Origin: a virus
DNA: 64,000 nucleotides
Virus record (IMG/VR): IMGVR_UViG_3300037296_000220
Location: 1 to 64,000 of that record
Reading direction: 5' to 3' (one strand)
The first letter of the stretch is position 1. Every line of letters starts with the position of its first letter. Positions 47,045 to 56,768 of this stretch are shown here, piece by piece. The notes under the pieces are model-generated. The model saw nothing but the letters and a program-made list of their open reading frames with translations. It did no database searches and was not told the origin of the DNA. A program made the translations under genes and the position numbers.

Positions 47045-50000
47045 CTAGTCAAGAATGTCGACTACCTGCGCGACTGCTTCGTCGATCAGCTCACGGCGCG
47101 AGTCATCGAAGAAGCACATATTGGGGTTTATCCCAATGACGTAACTGGTGTCCTGGCCATGATCGTACTCGACCTGCCCAGCCAGTTGTTCAAACCCACC
47201 CTGCACCTCTGGCAGTAGGTAGTTGCGAGCCTTAGTGCCCATGATCAGCACGACAGCCGGGTTTAGCAGCTCAATCTCCCGCTTCAGACTTGGGCCATAG
47301 ACACGGATCATTTCAGAGACATAGTCTTCCGGCATGTCCTTTGTCTTGTTGGCCTTGATCAGCGCGGTTTGATAGAGGTCAGAGCGCTTGTAACCCGCCG
47401 CCTTGAAGCCCGGTAGGATGAAGTCGGCATAGTCGCCCTCCCCTATTTTACCCATCTTCTCATCTTTGAAGTTGCCGTTGTCGTAGATCACCATGACTCT
47501 CGGATTTTTACCCAAACGGGGCGCGAGCGAAATCTCGATAGCCAACTCATTCTCGGCCTTCATGCTGTACTTCTCGACCTCCTTCGACAATTCATCAATC
47601 ACATGCGGCTGCAGGTCCAGCTTCCGATCGGCCTTTACGGCAGCAAGCATGATGCCGGGCATTGCCGCCTTCTGAGACTTGAGTCGGGTCGGGTGCAGCG
47701 GGTCATCCTGGTTCTCGATACCGGCGAACACCCCAATGTCATCGAGCATCGACTGAATCCGCTTGTTGACGTAGCGCTTATTGGTGATGTTCTCCAAAAA
47801 GTGCGCGAAGCTGGTGAAGCTGCCACCCGCCTTCTCCCGACACTCCATGATGTGCTCACTGGCGTTCTGCGTCAGGCCCTTCACCATCTGGAACGGGGCA
47901 TAGATCACCCGGCGTTTGCGGTTGCTGTCGTAGCCAATCTCGAACCGACTGGTGCTGATGTTCACGTCCGGTGGCATGACGTACACACCCCGCCGCTCAG
48001 CATCTTTCACCAAGCCCATGCGTTTGTCTTCGCCCAGAATCGTCAGTGCGGCCGCAAAGAATGCCTCCGGCTTGTACACCTTCAACCACATTGCCCAGAA
48101 GGCAATGATCGCGTACTCCACCGAGTGCGACTTGTTGAAGCCGTAGCCGGCGAACTTCTCGATGATGTCGAACAGGCCCGCTGCCTCCGTCTCTTCCATC
48201 TGTGAGTGAGACTTGCACCCAGCGACCCAGCTATCGCGCACTTTGGCCATCTGCTCAGCGTCTTTCTTGCCCATCGCTTTACGAAGGTGGTCGGCCTGAG
48301 CCATCGAGAAGCCCGCTAGATCACGCGCGACCTGCATGACCTGCTCCTGGTACACGATGACCGAATACGTCGATTCCAGGGCCGGGATCATCGAGTCATG
48401 TGGATATGTGGGGCTCATGTAACCCCGCTTAATCGCCTTGAAGTTGTCGGTTAGACCTGAGTCCAGTGGGCCTGGCCGGAACAGGGCGTTACAGGCTGAC
48501 AAGTCTTCAAAGGTCAGCGGGTCATTCTCAGCCAGCTCACGCAATAGACCCCGCATACCGCCCGACTCGAACTGAAACACCCCCAACGTCTCACCCAGGC
48601 CGAAGGCTTTAAGCACTTCCGGGTCTTCGAGTGGGATTGTGGTGTAGTCCAGGTCTTCCTTGTCCTGCTCCTTGATGTAGTCTTTGGCCAGGCGCAGCAG
48701 ATCCAATGTGCTCAGGCCCAGTACGTCGAGCTTGACCAAGCCAAACTCTTCACAGCTTCGTTTATCCCAGTTGATCACCTGGTTCTCGCCCCGCTTCTCA
48801 ACGATGGCTCGATTAGACAGCTCAGTGTCAGCCACGATCACCCCGGCGGCGTGCACCCCGTAGTTGCGAAACACCTTCTGCAACTTGATGGCGTTGCCAA
48901 ACAATACTGGATCTCGTTTGGCAAAATCCTTCAGCTCGGGCACTTGCTCAATGGCTTCCTCCAGGGATACCGGCTGGCCGTGATTGCTGGGGATGCGTTT
49001 GGCCACCTTCATTTCAGCTTCGGTGTAGCCCAGGGATTTGGCCACGCTACGCAGTGCCGACGAGCTGCCCAATACCCCATAGTTCGAGATTTTGGCCACG
49101 CGCTCTTTGCCGTACCGATCGGACAGGTAGTTATACACTTCGCCCAGTCGGGAACTCATGAAGTCAAGGTCGATGTCGGGTAAGTCCAGTCGCTCCGGGT
49201 TGATGAACCGTTCGAAGAACAGGTTGAAGCGGATCGGATCAACGTCAGTGATGCCCATCAGGAAGGCTACGATTGAGCCGCCGACTGAGCCTCGACCAGG
49301 GCCGACGATAATACCCTGCTGCTTTGACCAGCTCACCAGGTCATGCACCAGGAGGAAGTAGTCTTCAAAGCCCATGTCTTTCAAGATGGTCAGCTCACGC
49401 TTGAGCCGGTCCTTGTACTGAGGAATCAGCGACACGTCCGGCTTGTAGCCCAGAAACGGCTTGTCGATGCGCTCCTTCCAGCCCTGAACGCAGAGCTTGG
49501 TCATGGCGGCGCTGGGGTTGGCCGCAAGCGAGGGCAGCGACACATCCATCTTCTCCCACTTGTACGAGAACTGATCTGCCCAGGGCCCGTTGGAATGGAC
49601 ATAGGCTTTGTTCAGCAGTTCAGCACCCGGCACATCGATGAAGCCGTCGCCCTTCATCATGTGAACCCACTTCTTGAACTTCATGATGCCGTCTTTGCGA
49701 CCCAAAATACCCATGTCGGAGCCACCGGCTGCAGCAAAGGGGCTGTCCAGTCGGGTGTTGAAGTTCAGGATGTTGGCCATGATGTTGCGCGAGTCTGCCA
49801 TACCCTCTGCGTACAGCGTCGGACGGCTGACAAGCACTTTTCGGGAACGCATCTGTGCGCTGTTCAGAGCGCGCTTAGACACTTGACGATAGTAGAGACT
49901 GTCAGCATACGGGCACTCAATATAGAAGCGCTCAGTGTCGTTCCCGATAGCGTTTTCAATGCGATCAATGATCGCTTCGCGCTGATCATGGGCGAAGATT

Positions 50001-50425
50001 GAGCCGATACCACCGGTTGTTATCACCACGTTGCCCAGGCTGTAGGTGTGTAGCACGTCCTCCCAGCATAACCGGGGCTGACCACTGCGAATGTGGGTAT
50101 CTTCGTAGGCTCTGGACAGTAGGCGAGTGACATCCTTGAACCCTTCATCGTTCATGATGTACAGGATAGGTGAAGTAAAGGTGTCTCGATTGGACTTGTC
50201 GTCGGTCTTCTCCCAATCCAGGTCGTCGACCACGTTTAAGCGAACGCCCATGATGACTTTCACATCACCGGCGTTCTGCGTGAGAATGGGTAAGGCGTTC
50301 AAGGTCATGTAATCGGCGACAGCCAGCGCTCTATACCCCTGCTCTTTGGCTACTGTAGCCAATTGCTTTGGGGATAAGATGCTGGCTTTGGTCGAGAAGT
50401 GCGTTTCAGCGCCAATGATGTTCAT
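47045..50425 (-). CDS. dnaE: DNA polymerase III alpha subunit with C-terminal UDG-like domain
   Basis: GRGSVGGS, PDIDLDF, HAAG, KLDVLGL, GVFQFES, YQEQ and FNKSH motifs. Confidence 0.96.
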   Translation of the reverse strand: MNIIGAETHFSTKASILSPKQLATVAKEQGYRALAVADYMTLNALPILTQNAGDVKVIMGVRLNVVDDLDWEKTDDKSNRDTFTSPILYIMNDEGFKDVTRLLSRAYEDTHIRSGQPRLCWEDVLHTYSLGNVVITTGGIGSIFAHDQREAIIDRIENAIGNDTERFYIECPYADSLYYRQVSKRALNSAQMRSRKVLVSRPTLYAEGMADSRNIMANILNFNTRLDSPFAAAGGSDMGILGRKDGIMKFKKWVHMMKGDGFIDVPGAELLNKAYVHSNGPWADQFSYKWEKMDVSLPSLAANPSAAMTKLCVQGWKERIDKPFLGYKPDVSLIPQYKDRLKRELTILKDMGFEDYFLLVHDLVSWSKQQGIIVGPGRGSVGGSIVAFLMGITDVDPIRFNLFFERFINPERLDLPDIDLDFMSSRLGEVYNYLSDRYGKERVAKISNYGVLGSSSALRSVAKSLGYTEAEMKVAKRIPSNHGQPVSLEEAIEQVPELKDFAKRDPVLFGNAIKLQKVFRNYGVHAAGVIVADTELSNRAIVEKRGENQVINWDKRSCEEFGLVKLDVLGLSTLDLLRLAKDYIKEQDKEDLDYTTIPLEDPEVLKAFGLGETLGVFQFESGGMRGLLRELAENDPLTFEDLSACNALFRPGPLDSGLTDNFKAIKRGYMSPTYPHDSMIPALESTYSVIVYQEQVMQVARDLAGFSMAQADHLRKAMGKKDAEQMAKVRDSWVAGCKSHSQMEETEAAGLFDIIEKFAGYGFNKSHSVEYAIIAFWAMWLKVYKPEAFFAAALTILGEDKRMGLVKDAERRGVYVMPPDVNISTSRFEIGYDSNRKRRVIYAPFQMVKGLTQNASEHIMECREKAGGSFTSFAHFLENITNKRYVNKRIQSMLDDIGVFAGIENQDDPLHPTRLKSQKAAMPGIMLAAVKADRKLDLQPHVIDELSKEVEKYSMKAENELAIEISLAPRLGKNPRVMVIYDNGNFKDEKMGKIGEGDYADFILPGFKAAGYKRSDLYQTALIKANKTKDMPEDYVSEMIRVYGPSLKREIELLNPAVVLIMGTKARNYLLPEVQGGFEQLAGQVEYDHGQDTSYVIGINPNMCFFDDSRRELIDEAVAQVVDILD

Positions 50426-50930
50426 AATACACCCTGTTTTTGTCTCGTTTGATGATGCCTGACGCCTCTAAAATGTTGAGTGCCCGGCCTATTCTGTTCT
50501 CTGCCGTTCGGATCGACAGCGTGTACTGGTCTGCAAAGCTCCCGGTCAGCTTATTCACGGTAGTCCCCGCCTCATTCAGATGGAGAATTGCAAAGTCGAG
50601 ACCCGTGTCGACCCCCGTAGTGCGACGCTCAGCAATGACAGCCGGAATACTGACACCCTTCTGATTCAACCGTCTTGCGAGAGGCTGCGCTTTGCGCGAA
50701 ACCTTCGTTAAATCAATAAGTTGGCTCAAGTATGCGCTGGACATTTTGGGCAACTTGTTGACGCTGGACGACACAGAGACGGTCGTACTGATGATCGTGG
50801 CTGATTGAGAACAGGTATCAGCGCATCGAGTCTGGACTTTGCAGGCCTGACACGCTTCACTATCCCGACTGCAACAGATCAATGACCCGAAGCAGCCGGG
50901 TTCATCAGTTCCCCAGTTGGATTTGGACAT
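50406..50930 (-). CDS. Hypothetical protein (N-terminal Cys cluster, possible winged helix)
   Basis: PGCFGS...CQAC...C; overlaps both neighbours. Confidence 0.7.
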   Translation of the reverse strand: MSKSNWGTDEPGCFGSLICCSRDSEACQACKVQTRCADTCSQSATIISTTVSVSSSVNKLPKMSSAYLSQLIDLTKVSRKAQPLARRLNQKGVSIPAVIAERRTTGVDTGLDFAILHLNEAGTTVNKLTGSFADQYTLSIRTAENRIGRALNILEASGIIKRDKNRVYYEHHWR

Positions 50931-52068
50931 ACTTCATCACCGCATCGCGTTCATCACTGGGTAAACGGTTGGCGTAGGCCAACTCGAAGCCTTTGACGAA
51001 TGAGCCCTTCATGACGCCGATCTGCGCAATGCGGATCAGCACTCGGTTACCAATGGTTAGCGAGTATTCATCAGGGTTTTCGCGCACCTTTTTGGCAATC
51101 GCAATCAACGACTTGGCGTCTTTCTCTTCGAGGCCCACAGCCAGGTTCAACATGGTTATTTCCTGGCTCTCTGCCAGATAACCCTTCTTCATGACGACGC
51201 CGAAGCGCTCGATCGTGGCGGCATCTTGCTGAAAGGTGGATTGAAAGCGCTCTCCCCCATCACCTGAGCCGTTCGTGTTGCCAGTGGCGACGAAGCGGAA
51301 CATCGGGTGCGGGTCAATGCGCTGATATTGAGGCGGCGCATCGGGGATGATCAGCGGTTGACCTTCAAGCACAGCCTGATAGACAGACAGCACTGATGGG
51401 TGGCAGCGATCGTATTCGTCAGCCAGAAACACTTCGCCGTTGATCATCGCCAGTGGCAATGGCCCCAGCTCGAAGTCGGTCACAGAGATGGCATTACCTC
51501 CTTCATCGCGCTCAGCCCGGGCGATCTGACGGCCTACAATCTGCGACTCTTCCAGGTTGGCTGTGTGTTGAAGACGGCGCAGGCGACGGTTGGTTGCGGC
51601 ACAGAATTGGCGATATTCAGTCGTTTTACCGACGCCGGCTTCGCCGTAGATATAGATTGGAATGTTGCGCTCCATACCCATCGCGACGGTCTTCACTTCT
51701 TCCAGGTCGGAAATGATCAACTCGTCGAAGTCGGGCACATTGGCATCAGTTTCACGTTCATCGCGGGTCAACATGATGGGTTGGCCATTGCCGTACTGCG
51801 TCTTTTTGCTGTTGCGCAGGCGATAGGCTTTATGCAGCTCTATCTTGTTGTCGGGCGTTGCGACCTCTTCAGGCTCAGCAAGGGCAGTTTTAGCAGCCAT
51901 TCGCTTCTGAACTTCCTGGCGTGCAAAATCAGAAATGGTCGGCGCGTCCGGGTATTGCTCGCTGTATTCTTCGAGGGTCAAGCTGTGAGCTTCGTCACTC
52001 ATTTTCGCCAGGTGAGTCTTGATAACGTGCACCTTCTCACCGCAAATCTGACAAGTAATCTTTTCCAT
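50905..52068 (-). CDS. CobS/MoxR-like AAA+ ATPase with N-terminal Zn finger
   Basis: CQIC...H, GEAGVGKT, ADEYD, ATGNTNGSGD and ERF motifs. Confidence 0.9.
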   Translation of the reverse strand: MEKITCQICGEKVHVIKTHLAKMSDEAHSLTLEEYSEQYPDAPTISDFARQEVQKRMAAKTALAEPEEVATPDNKIELHKAYRLRNSKKTQYGNGQPIMLTRDERETDANVPDFDELIISDLEEVKTVAMGMERNIPIYIYGEAGVGKTTEYRQFCAATNRRLRRLQHTANLEESQIVGRQIARAERDEGGNAISVTDFELGPLPLAMINGEVFLADEYDRCHPSVLSVYQAVLEGQPLIIPDAPPQYQRIDPHPMFRFVATGNTNGSGDGGERFQSTFQQDAATIERFGVVMKKGYLAESQEITMLNLAVGLEEKDAKSLIAIAKKVRENPDEYSLTIGNRVLIRIAQIGVMKGSFVKGFELAYANRLPSDERDAVMKYVQIQLGN

Positions 52069-52154
52069 TCTGTCGAACTCCTGAAAACCTAGTTAGTTGT
52101 TTGTGTGTTTTAAAATAGTATCGCATTAGTTCAATGCGATACACAATGGGGTGA

Positions 52155-54536
52155 CTATTTAAGCATGTCGCCAACGTGACGAATTAGGCTGCCGCCCAAC
52201 TGTTCAATGTTGTGCAGTACCTCATAGTTCTTGTAGTACCGCGACACTGAGTTGTCCTTAATGCCAATGCTGGACACGGAAATGTCTTCCTTTTCCAGTT
52301 GTTTCAGGGCGTATTGCATGGCTGTGGGGTAAGACATGCCTCCACCGTTGCCGTAGGCGGGGTTACCATCTGACAGCACGATCAATCCCTTCTTGGAGGT
52401 TTCCTGGGTCATTAGCATGTCGCGAGCGGCCAGCAGAGCGTCCGGGTCTGCATTGCCTCCGTTGATAGGTATTTCAATGTGCCAGTCAGCGATGCGACGC
52501 TTGGCTGTTAAGCCCCAGCGTTCGTCAAACCCCTTGAAGATGGGGTGAAATACCTCCCCATAGCGGCTGAACTGGCCGGCGCCAGAGCTGTAAACCTTAT
52601 GCATTTTCTGTCGAGCTACTTCGATAGCCTGCTGAGAAGGCATCTGACGATGGTCCTCCAAAACGTCCGAGCTTGGTAGTGCCGTCGCAAATCCCATGAT
52701 TGCAAAGTTCACCTTGACGGCACTCAAGGACTCGGCCATTGCATAAGCCGCCTGAAAAGCCAGCTTGTACTTGCTCGACAATTCCATAGACCCACTGTTA
52801 TCGATCAGTAATAGAATGGACGCGCCCTGACGCTCAACGATTCGACGTTTGCGGAATACCCGCTCTTCGCCCAATGACAGCCGGGCTATTGCGGTCGGAT
52901 TCAGTCGGCCTGAGCGTTGCCCGGCTTCCCAAGACTTCTTTTCCATAGAGCGCAGATAGCGGATTAAAGAGCGAGACACCTGACCTGTCATGCCGCCAGT
53001 GGACTTCTCAATCTCAGCCATTGACTTGGCGAGTCTGTCCTGAGAATGAACTGGTTTCACCTTCGCCTGAAGATCGCCGGCTGTTGAATACGGCGTGTAG
53101 ACTGAGCCAGAATCACCCTCTCTGAACTGGTCCGCGATCATTTCTTCCAGCATGTCATCGAAGTCTTCCACATTGGCTTCGTTTTCATCCATCCCCAGAG
53201 CTACGCCAAACCCTTCATTGTTGTTTTCTTCGTCATCGCCAGCTTCTTCGTCTGGGAACTCACCATCTGACGCTTCGTCATTGGTGCCAGAGGCCGAATT
53301 GGAACCGTCATCTTCTTCCTCTTCATCGTCACCCAGTTCGTCACTGGAGCCGGCGGCTTCGGCATCGTCATCATCTTCTCCAGGGTCAGATTCGCCACCA
53401 GGCTCGCCGCTGGCGTCATCATCGGCCCCTTCGGCTTCAGATTCACCGGCGCCCTCTCCATCTCCAGCGTCATCATCCCCAGGTTCATCATCGTCATCAT
53501 CGTCCGATTCTGATACATCCTCCCCAGCGTCGTCGCTGTCCGGGTCATCGTCTGATTCAGCTCCCTCATCTTCTCCGCCGTCATCAGACTCGCTATCGCC
53601 ATCCTCCTCATGTGACCCGTCGCCATCATCGTCGCCATCATCGGAGGTATCATCTGATTCAGGCTCTTTTGCTGCGCCATCGCCAGACTCAGACCCTTCT
53701 GATTCACCGCTGTCATCTGGTTCATCTGGTTGCTCCTGCCCGTTTGACCCCTGTTCAGATAGGTCTTCTTGAAATGTCTCGGCGTCGTCATTGTCACCAG
53801 CTTGATCGCTGTCTTCCGATTCACCTGCGTCACCGTCTGATTCAGGTCTTGGGTCGCGATTGGGCTTGGTGAAGAACTTGGAGTAAGCCAACTGGGTCAG
53901 TCGTAGAACGTCCCAACTGTTTTTGCATTCACTGATCCGACGACTAAAGTCCAAGTCGTCGAGCGCTGTCATAAGCCACTCAGTTTCCGCTTTGTAGTGC
54001 TCTTCTATATAGTCAGCGACTGTTTTTTGGCCCGCCTTAGCGCGACAGCAAGCAGTGATGAGGCGGTTGAATGCTTGCGACTTCTTGGTGAGGTCAGTCT
54101 GGTCTTTCTCGATACCGGCCGTGATAATGTCAGTCAACCAAATCTCCCGGGTCCGATCCAGCTCCTTGAAGCCGCCAGCAAAGTCTTCCTCGCCCCGTAT
54201 CTCGATGTAGCAGTCTTCAATGGCATTGTTTAACCCGCCGAAAACCTCAGATTTGGACTGAGCCTCAAGTGTGGCAGCGGGGTCTGTGTACAGGATGTGA
54301 CAGCACTCATGCAGCAGAAAGCCGATGATGGCGTAGCAGAACTTAGCAGAGCATTGGTCTGGCACAACAGGCAAGTTGACGAACTTAGCCTCATGCGTGA
54401 GCCCATCCCATTGAACATAAGCCTGGGCGCCAACGTGATACACAGGGATCTTTGAGTCGGTGATTAACCGTGCGACCTTTTGAGACATGCCCCGAGTGGA
54501 TTGGATTAGGCGCTTACTCGCTTGTGGAGCTGACAT
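52155..54536 (-). CDS. CobT-like VWA protein with HExxH domain and acidic linker
   Basis: HECCH...NAIED, long D/E tract, DNSGS MIDAS, LSDG. Confidence 0.9.
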   Translation of the reverse strand: MSAPQASKRLIQSTRGMSQKVARLITDSKIPVYHVGAQAYVQWDGLTHEAKFVNLPVVPDQCSAKFCYAIIGFLLHECCHILYTDPAATLEAQSKSEVFGGLNNAIEDCYIEIRGEEDFAGGFKELDRTREIWLTDIITAGIEKDQTDLTKKSQAFNRLITACCRAKAGQKTVADYIEEHYKAETEWLMTALDDLDFSRRISECKNSWDVLRLTQLAYSKFFTKPNRDPRPESDGDAGESEDSDQAGDNDDAETFQEDLSEQGSNGQEQPDEPDDSGESEGSESGDGAAKEPESDDTSDDGDDDGDGSHEEDGDSESDDGGEDEGAESDDDPDSDDAGEDVSESDDDDDDEPGDDDAGDGEGAGESEAEGADDDASGEPGGESDPGEDDDDAEAAGSSDELGDDEEEEDDGSNSASGTNDEASDGEFPDEEAGDDEENNNEGFGVALGMDENEANVEDFDDMLEEMIADQFREGDSGSVYTPYSTAGDLQAKVKPVHSQDRLAKSMAEIEKSTGGMTGQVSRSLIRYLRSMEKKSWEAGQRSGRLNPTAIARLSLGEERVFRKRRIVERQGASILLLIDNSGSMELSSKYKLAFQAAYAMAESLSAVKVNFAIMGFATALPSSDVLEDHRQMPSQQAIEVARQKMHKVYSSGAGQFSRYGEVFHPIFKGFDERWGLTAKRRIADWHIEIPINGGNADPDALLAARDMLMTQETSKKGLIVLSDGNPAYGNGGGMSYPTAMQYALKQLEKEDISVSSIGIKDNSVSRYYKNYEVLHNIEQLGGSLIRHVGDMLK

Positions 54537-54624
54537 AAAGAGTTCCTTACTCACTTAGTAGTTTGTGTATTATAAGCGCATAAGAAAGGGCGCGACAGCG
54601 TGGGAGCTGGGCGCCCTATTCAGA

Positions 54625-54825
54625 TTACTGGAGTAGGATGGGGTCGCCGATGATCGGCATGATCAGAGTGCGGGTTCCGTCGGAGTAGATTGATATGGAG
54701 CCATCTGTGCCTATGTAATCCATCTGGTCAACCAGGTCGTTGCATCGATCCAGGGTAATGCTTGCCATTTTGTTTGTGTGGGTGGGCAGAGGGTGTTGTT
54801 GCGCGGTCAATTTATAGTCCTTCAT
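54625..54825 (-). CDS. Small hypothetical protein divergent from the repressor
   Basis: Promoter TTGACA-18-TATGAT at 54879-54908. Confidence 0.45.
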   Translation of the reverse strand: MKDYKLTAQQHPLPTHTNKMASITLDRCNDLVDQMDYIGTDGSISIYSDGTRTLIMPIIGDPILLQ

Positions 54826-55058
54826 GCAGTTTTACTAAAGTACCCGGTTTCCCTAGTACGCGTGTTTGTGTGATGGAGATCATAGAACGACGGCGTTTTG
54901 TGTGTCAATCACTTGACTGAAAATAAGATTTTACTACCTAATCTACCTTTTTGACTTGACAACCCAAACAGATTACTATGTTTGCAAGGTAGGGCGAAGA
55001 GGGATTGTCCAACCCGAAAACATAAAATCCAAAAAGGAATTGTAAGGGGAAAATTATA

Positions 55059-55553
55059 ATGGCCAATGTTAAAAAACACTTTCAAGAGACGGGCGTACCC
55101 GCTGCCGATTTGTTGAATGAATACCTACAAAACTGTGACAAAACGCAGACTGAAATCACCAAAGAATTGGGTGCTTTAACTGGCGCTCGTTCTTTCGGTA
55201 GCTTGATGACTCAATGGAAAACGGGTCGTTCACCGATCCCATTGCGCATGGTTCTCCCACTGTGTCGCATCATCGATGCTGAGCCGGGTCCGATGTTTCA
55301 AGCAATTCTTGAACATCAGATGCCCGATGCCCTCGTTGCTCTTGAGCATTTGTCCGGGCAGTCTTTCAGCCCCGGCGAGCGAGTCATGCACGACCTGGTT
55401 ATCGAAACAGTAAATGAAGCCAAGAACGCTTTCAAAAAAGAAAGTCGCTCTCCGAAGGCTGAAGTGGTAGCGACGTTCGATCTGTCCCCAGAGAGAAAAG
55501 CGGCTATCAAAGCGGCTATCAAAAAAGCAACCGTGGTTAAGTATTCCAGCTAA
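55059..55553 (+). CDS. HTH (XRE-like) repressor candidate
   Basis: KTQTEITKELG...LMTQWKTGRSPIPL; promoter TTGACT-17-TACTAT at 54951-54979. Confidence 0.75.
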   Translation: MANVKKHFQETGVPAADLLNEYLQNCDKTQTEITKELGALTGARSFGSLMTQWKTGRSPIPLRMVLPLCRIIDAEPGPMFQAILEHQMPDALVALEHLSGQSFSPGERVMHDLVIETVNEAKNAFKKESRSPKAEVVATFDLSPERKAAIKAAIKKATVVKYSS

Positions 55554-55658
55554 TTTAAATTAGCCGACCTTCCAAAGGGCCATCTGGCCCTTTTTTGTTG
55601 CCTGCAATAAATCCCTGCCTTATCCTTTTGGAACAATTTATAAAAGGCAGGGAAAATT

Positions 55659-56768
55659 ATGAAAAGAGTTGCCACCGCGGACGACTTCATGGCCATGATG
55701 AAGTCAGGTGAACAGGACTTGGCCAACCTCAGAACAGAAACCAACAACCCTCAACCCACCAAGGTCGCACGCACCTGGTCATTGGAGGAAGCGGTAGGCA
55801 TGGTGAAGAAGCCCGCCAAGTGGGTGCTTAGTGAAGCAGGCAAAGCGGGCTATACTGACCAGGAACGCTTCTCATTGGAGGTCATCAACCACCTGAGAGA
55901 CGCTGCCGGCACTCGATTCTCCAAACCTGTTGGCGCGCCAACACCCACCCTGCTGATCTCCAACTTCAAAGGCGGGGTAGGTAAATCCACGACGACGATA
56001 CACCTGGCACAATACTGTGCCATCCAGGGGCTGAAAGTCCTGGTGGTAGAGCTGGACCCCCAGGCCACCACAACCGAGAACCTGCTGAACTGCTCACCAG
56101 CGACCGAGCTGACCCGAGAGCAAACCCTGGTCCCTGCCCTGCTCGATGACACGGACGACTTTCTGCCCTGCATCCAGTGGACCTACTTTCCCGGCGTAGC
56201 CATTGCCCCCGGCAACCTGTTCTTGCAGCAAGTGGACAGCAACATCGTGGATACAGTCGACGAGATGGGCGACCCAGCGACCCGGTTGTCTCGCTGCCTG
56301 GAGGAAGCAAAGGAGCACTTCGACCTGATTGTGATCGACTGCCCACCTAACATGGGGTGGCTCACAACGAACGCTCTGTATGCAGCCGATGGGTTGCTGA
56401 CCCCAGTACCCCCTGCCCTGTTTGACCGGGCCTCATTCACTCAGTTGGCTGGTACGATCGGAACCTTTGCGCGCAACTACAACAAGGAGTTCAAACTGTT
56501 CCGCATCCTGATCACCAAGCACGGCAAGTCCACTGAGGCCCGGCGCAACGAGAAGAAGATGCGCGAGACCTACGGCGACTGGGTGATGAAAAACTGCTTC
56601 TATGTGACCACCGAGATAGAGAAGGCCAGCGCTGTCTATTCCTCTGTGTACGACCTGATGAAGCCGATGAACAAACGTGAAACCTATCAGCGAGCCCTGG
56701 ACATTGTGAACCGGGTTAACGCCGAAATACTGCAAGACGTACAGCAATTGTGGGAGACCAAACTATGA
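55659..56768 (+). CDS. parA: Type Ia plasmid partition ATPase
   Basis: N-terminal extension, KGGVGKST, LDPQ and IDCPP motifs. Confidence 0.93.
   Translation: MKRVATADDFMAMMKSGEQDLANLRTETNNPQPTKVARTWSLEEAVGMVKKPAKWVLSEAGKAGYTDQERFSLEVINHLRDAAGTRFSKPVGAPTPTLLISNFKGGVGKSTTTIHLAQYCAIQGLKVLVVELDPQATTTENLLNCSPATELTREQTLVPALLDDTDDFLPCIQWTYFPGVAIAPGNLFLQQVDSNIVDTVDEMGDPATRLSRCLEEAKEHFDLIVIDCPPNMGWLTTNALYAADGLLTPVPPALFDRASFTQLAGTIGTFARNYNKEFKLFRILITKHGKSTEARRNEKKMRETYGDWVMKNCFYVTTEIEKASAVYSSVYDLMKPMNKRETYQRALDIVNRVNAEILQDVQQLWETKL

Noticed and set aside
53152-53872. Ser-rich and Met-rich overlapping ORFs
   Set aside because: Alternative-frame shadows of the acidic linker in the CobT-like gene
50905-54536. 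Cobalamin biosynthesis genes
   Set aside because: No cobN or other cob genes in the window; this is the widespread phage AAA+/VWA pair
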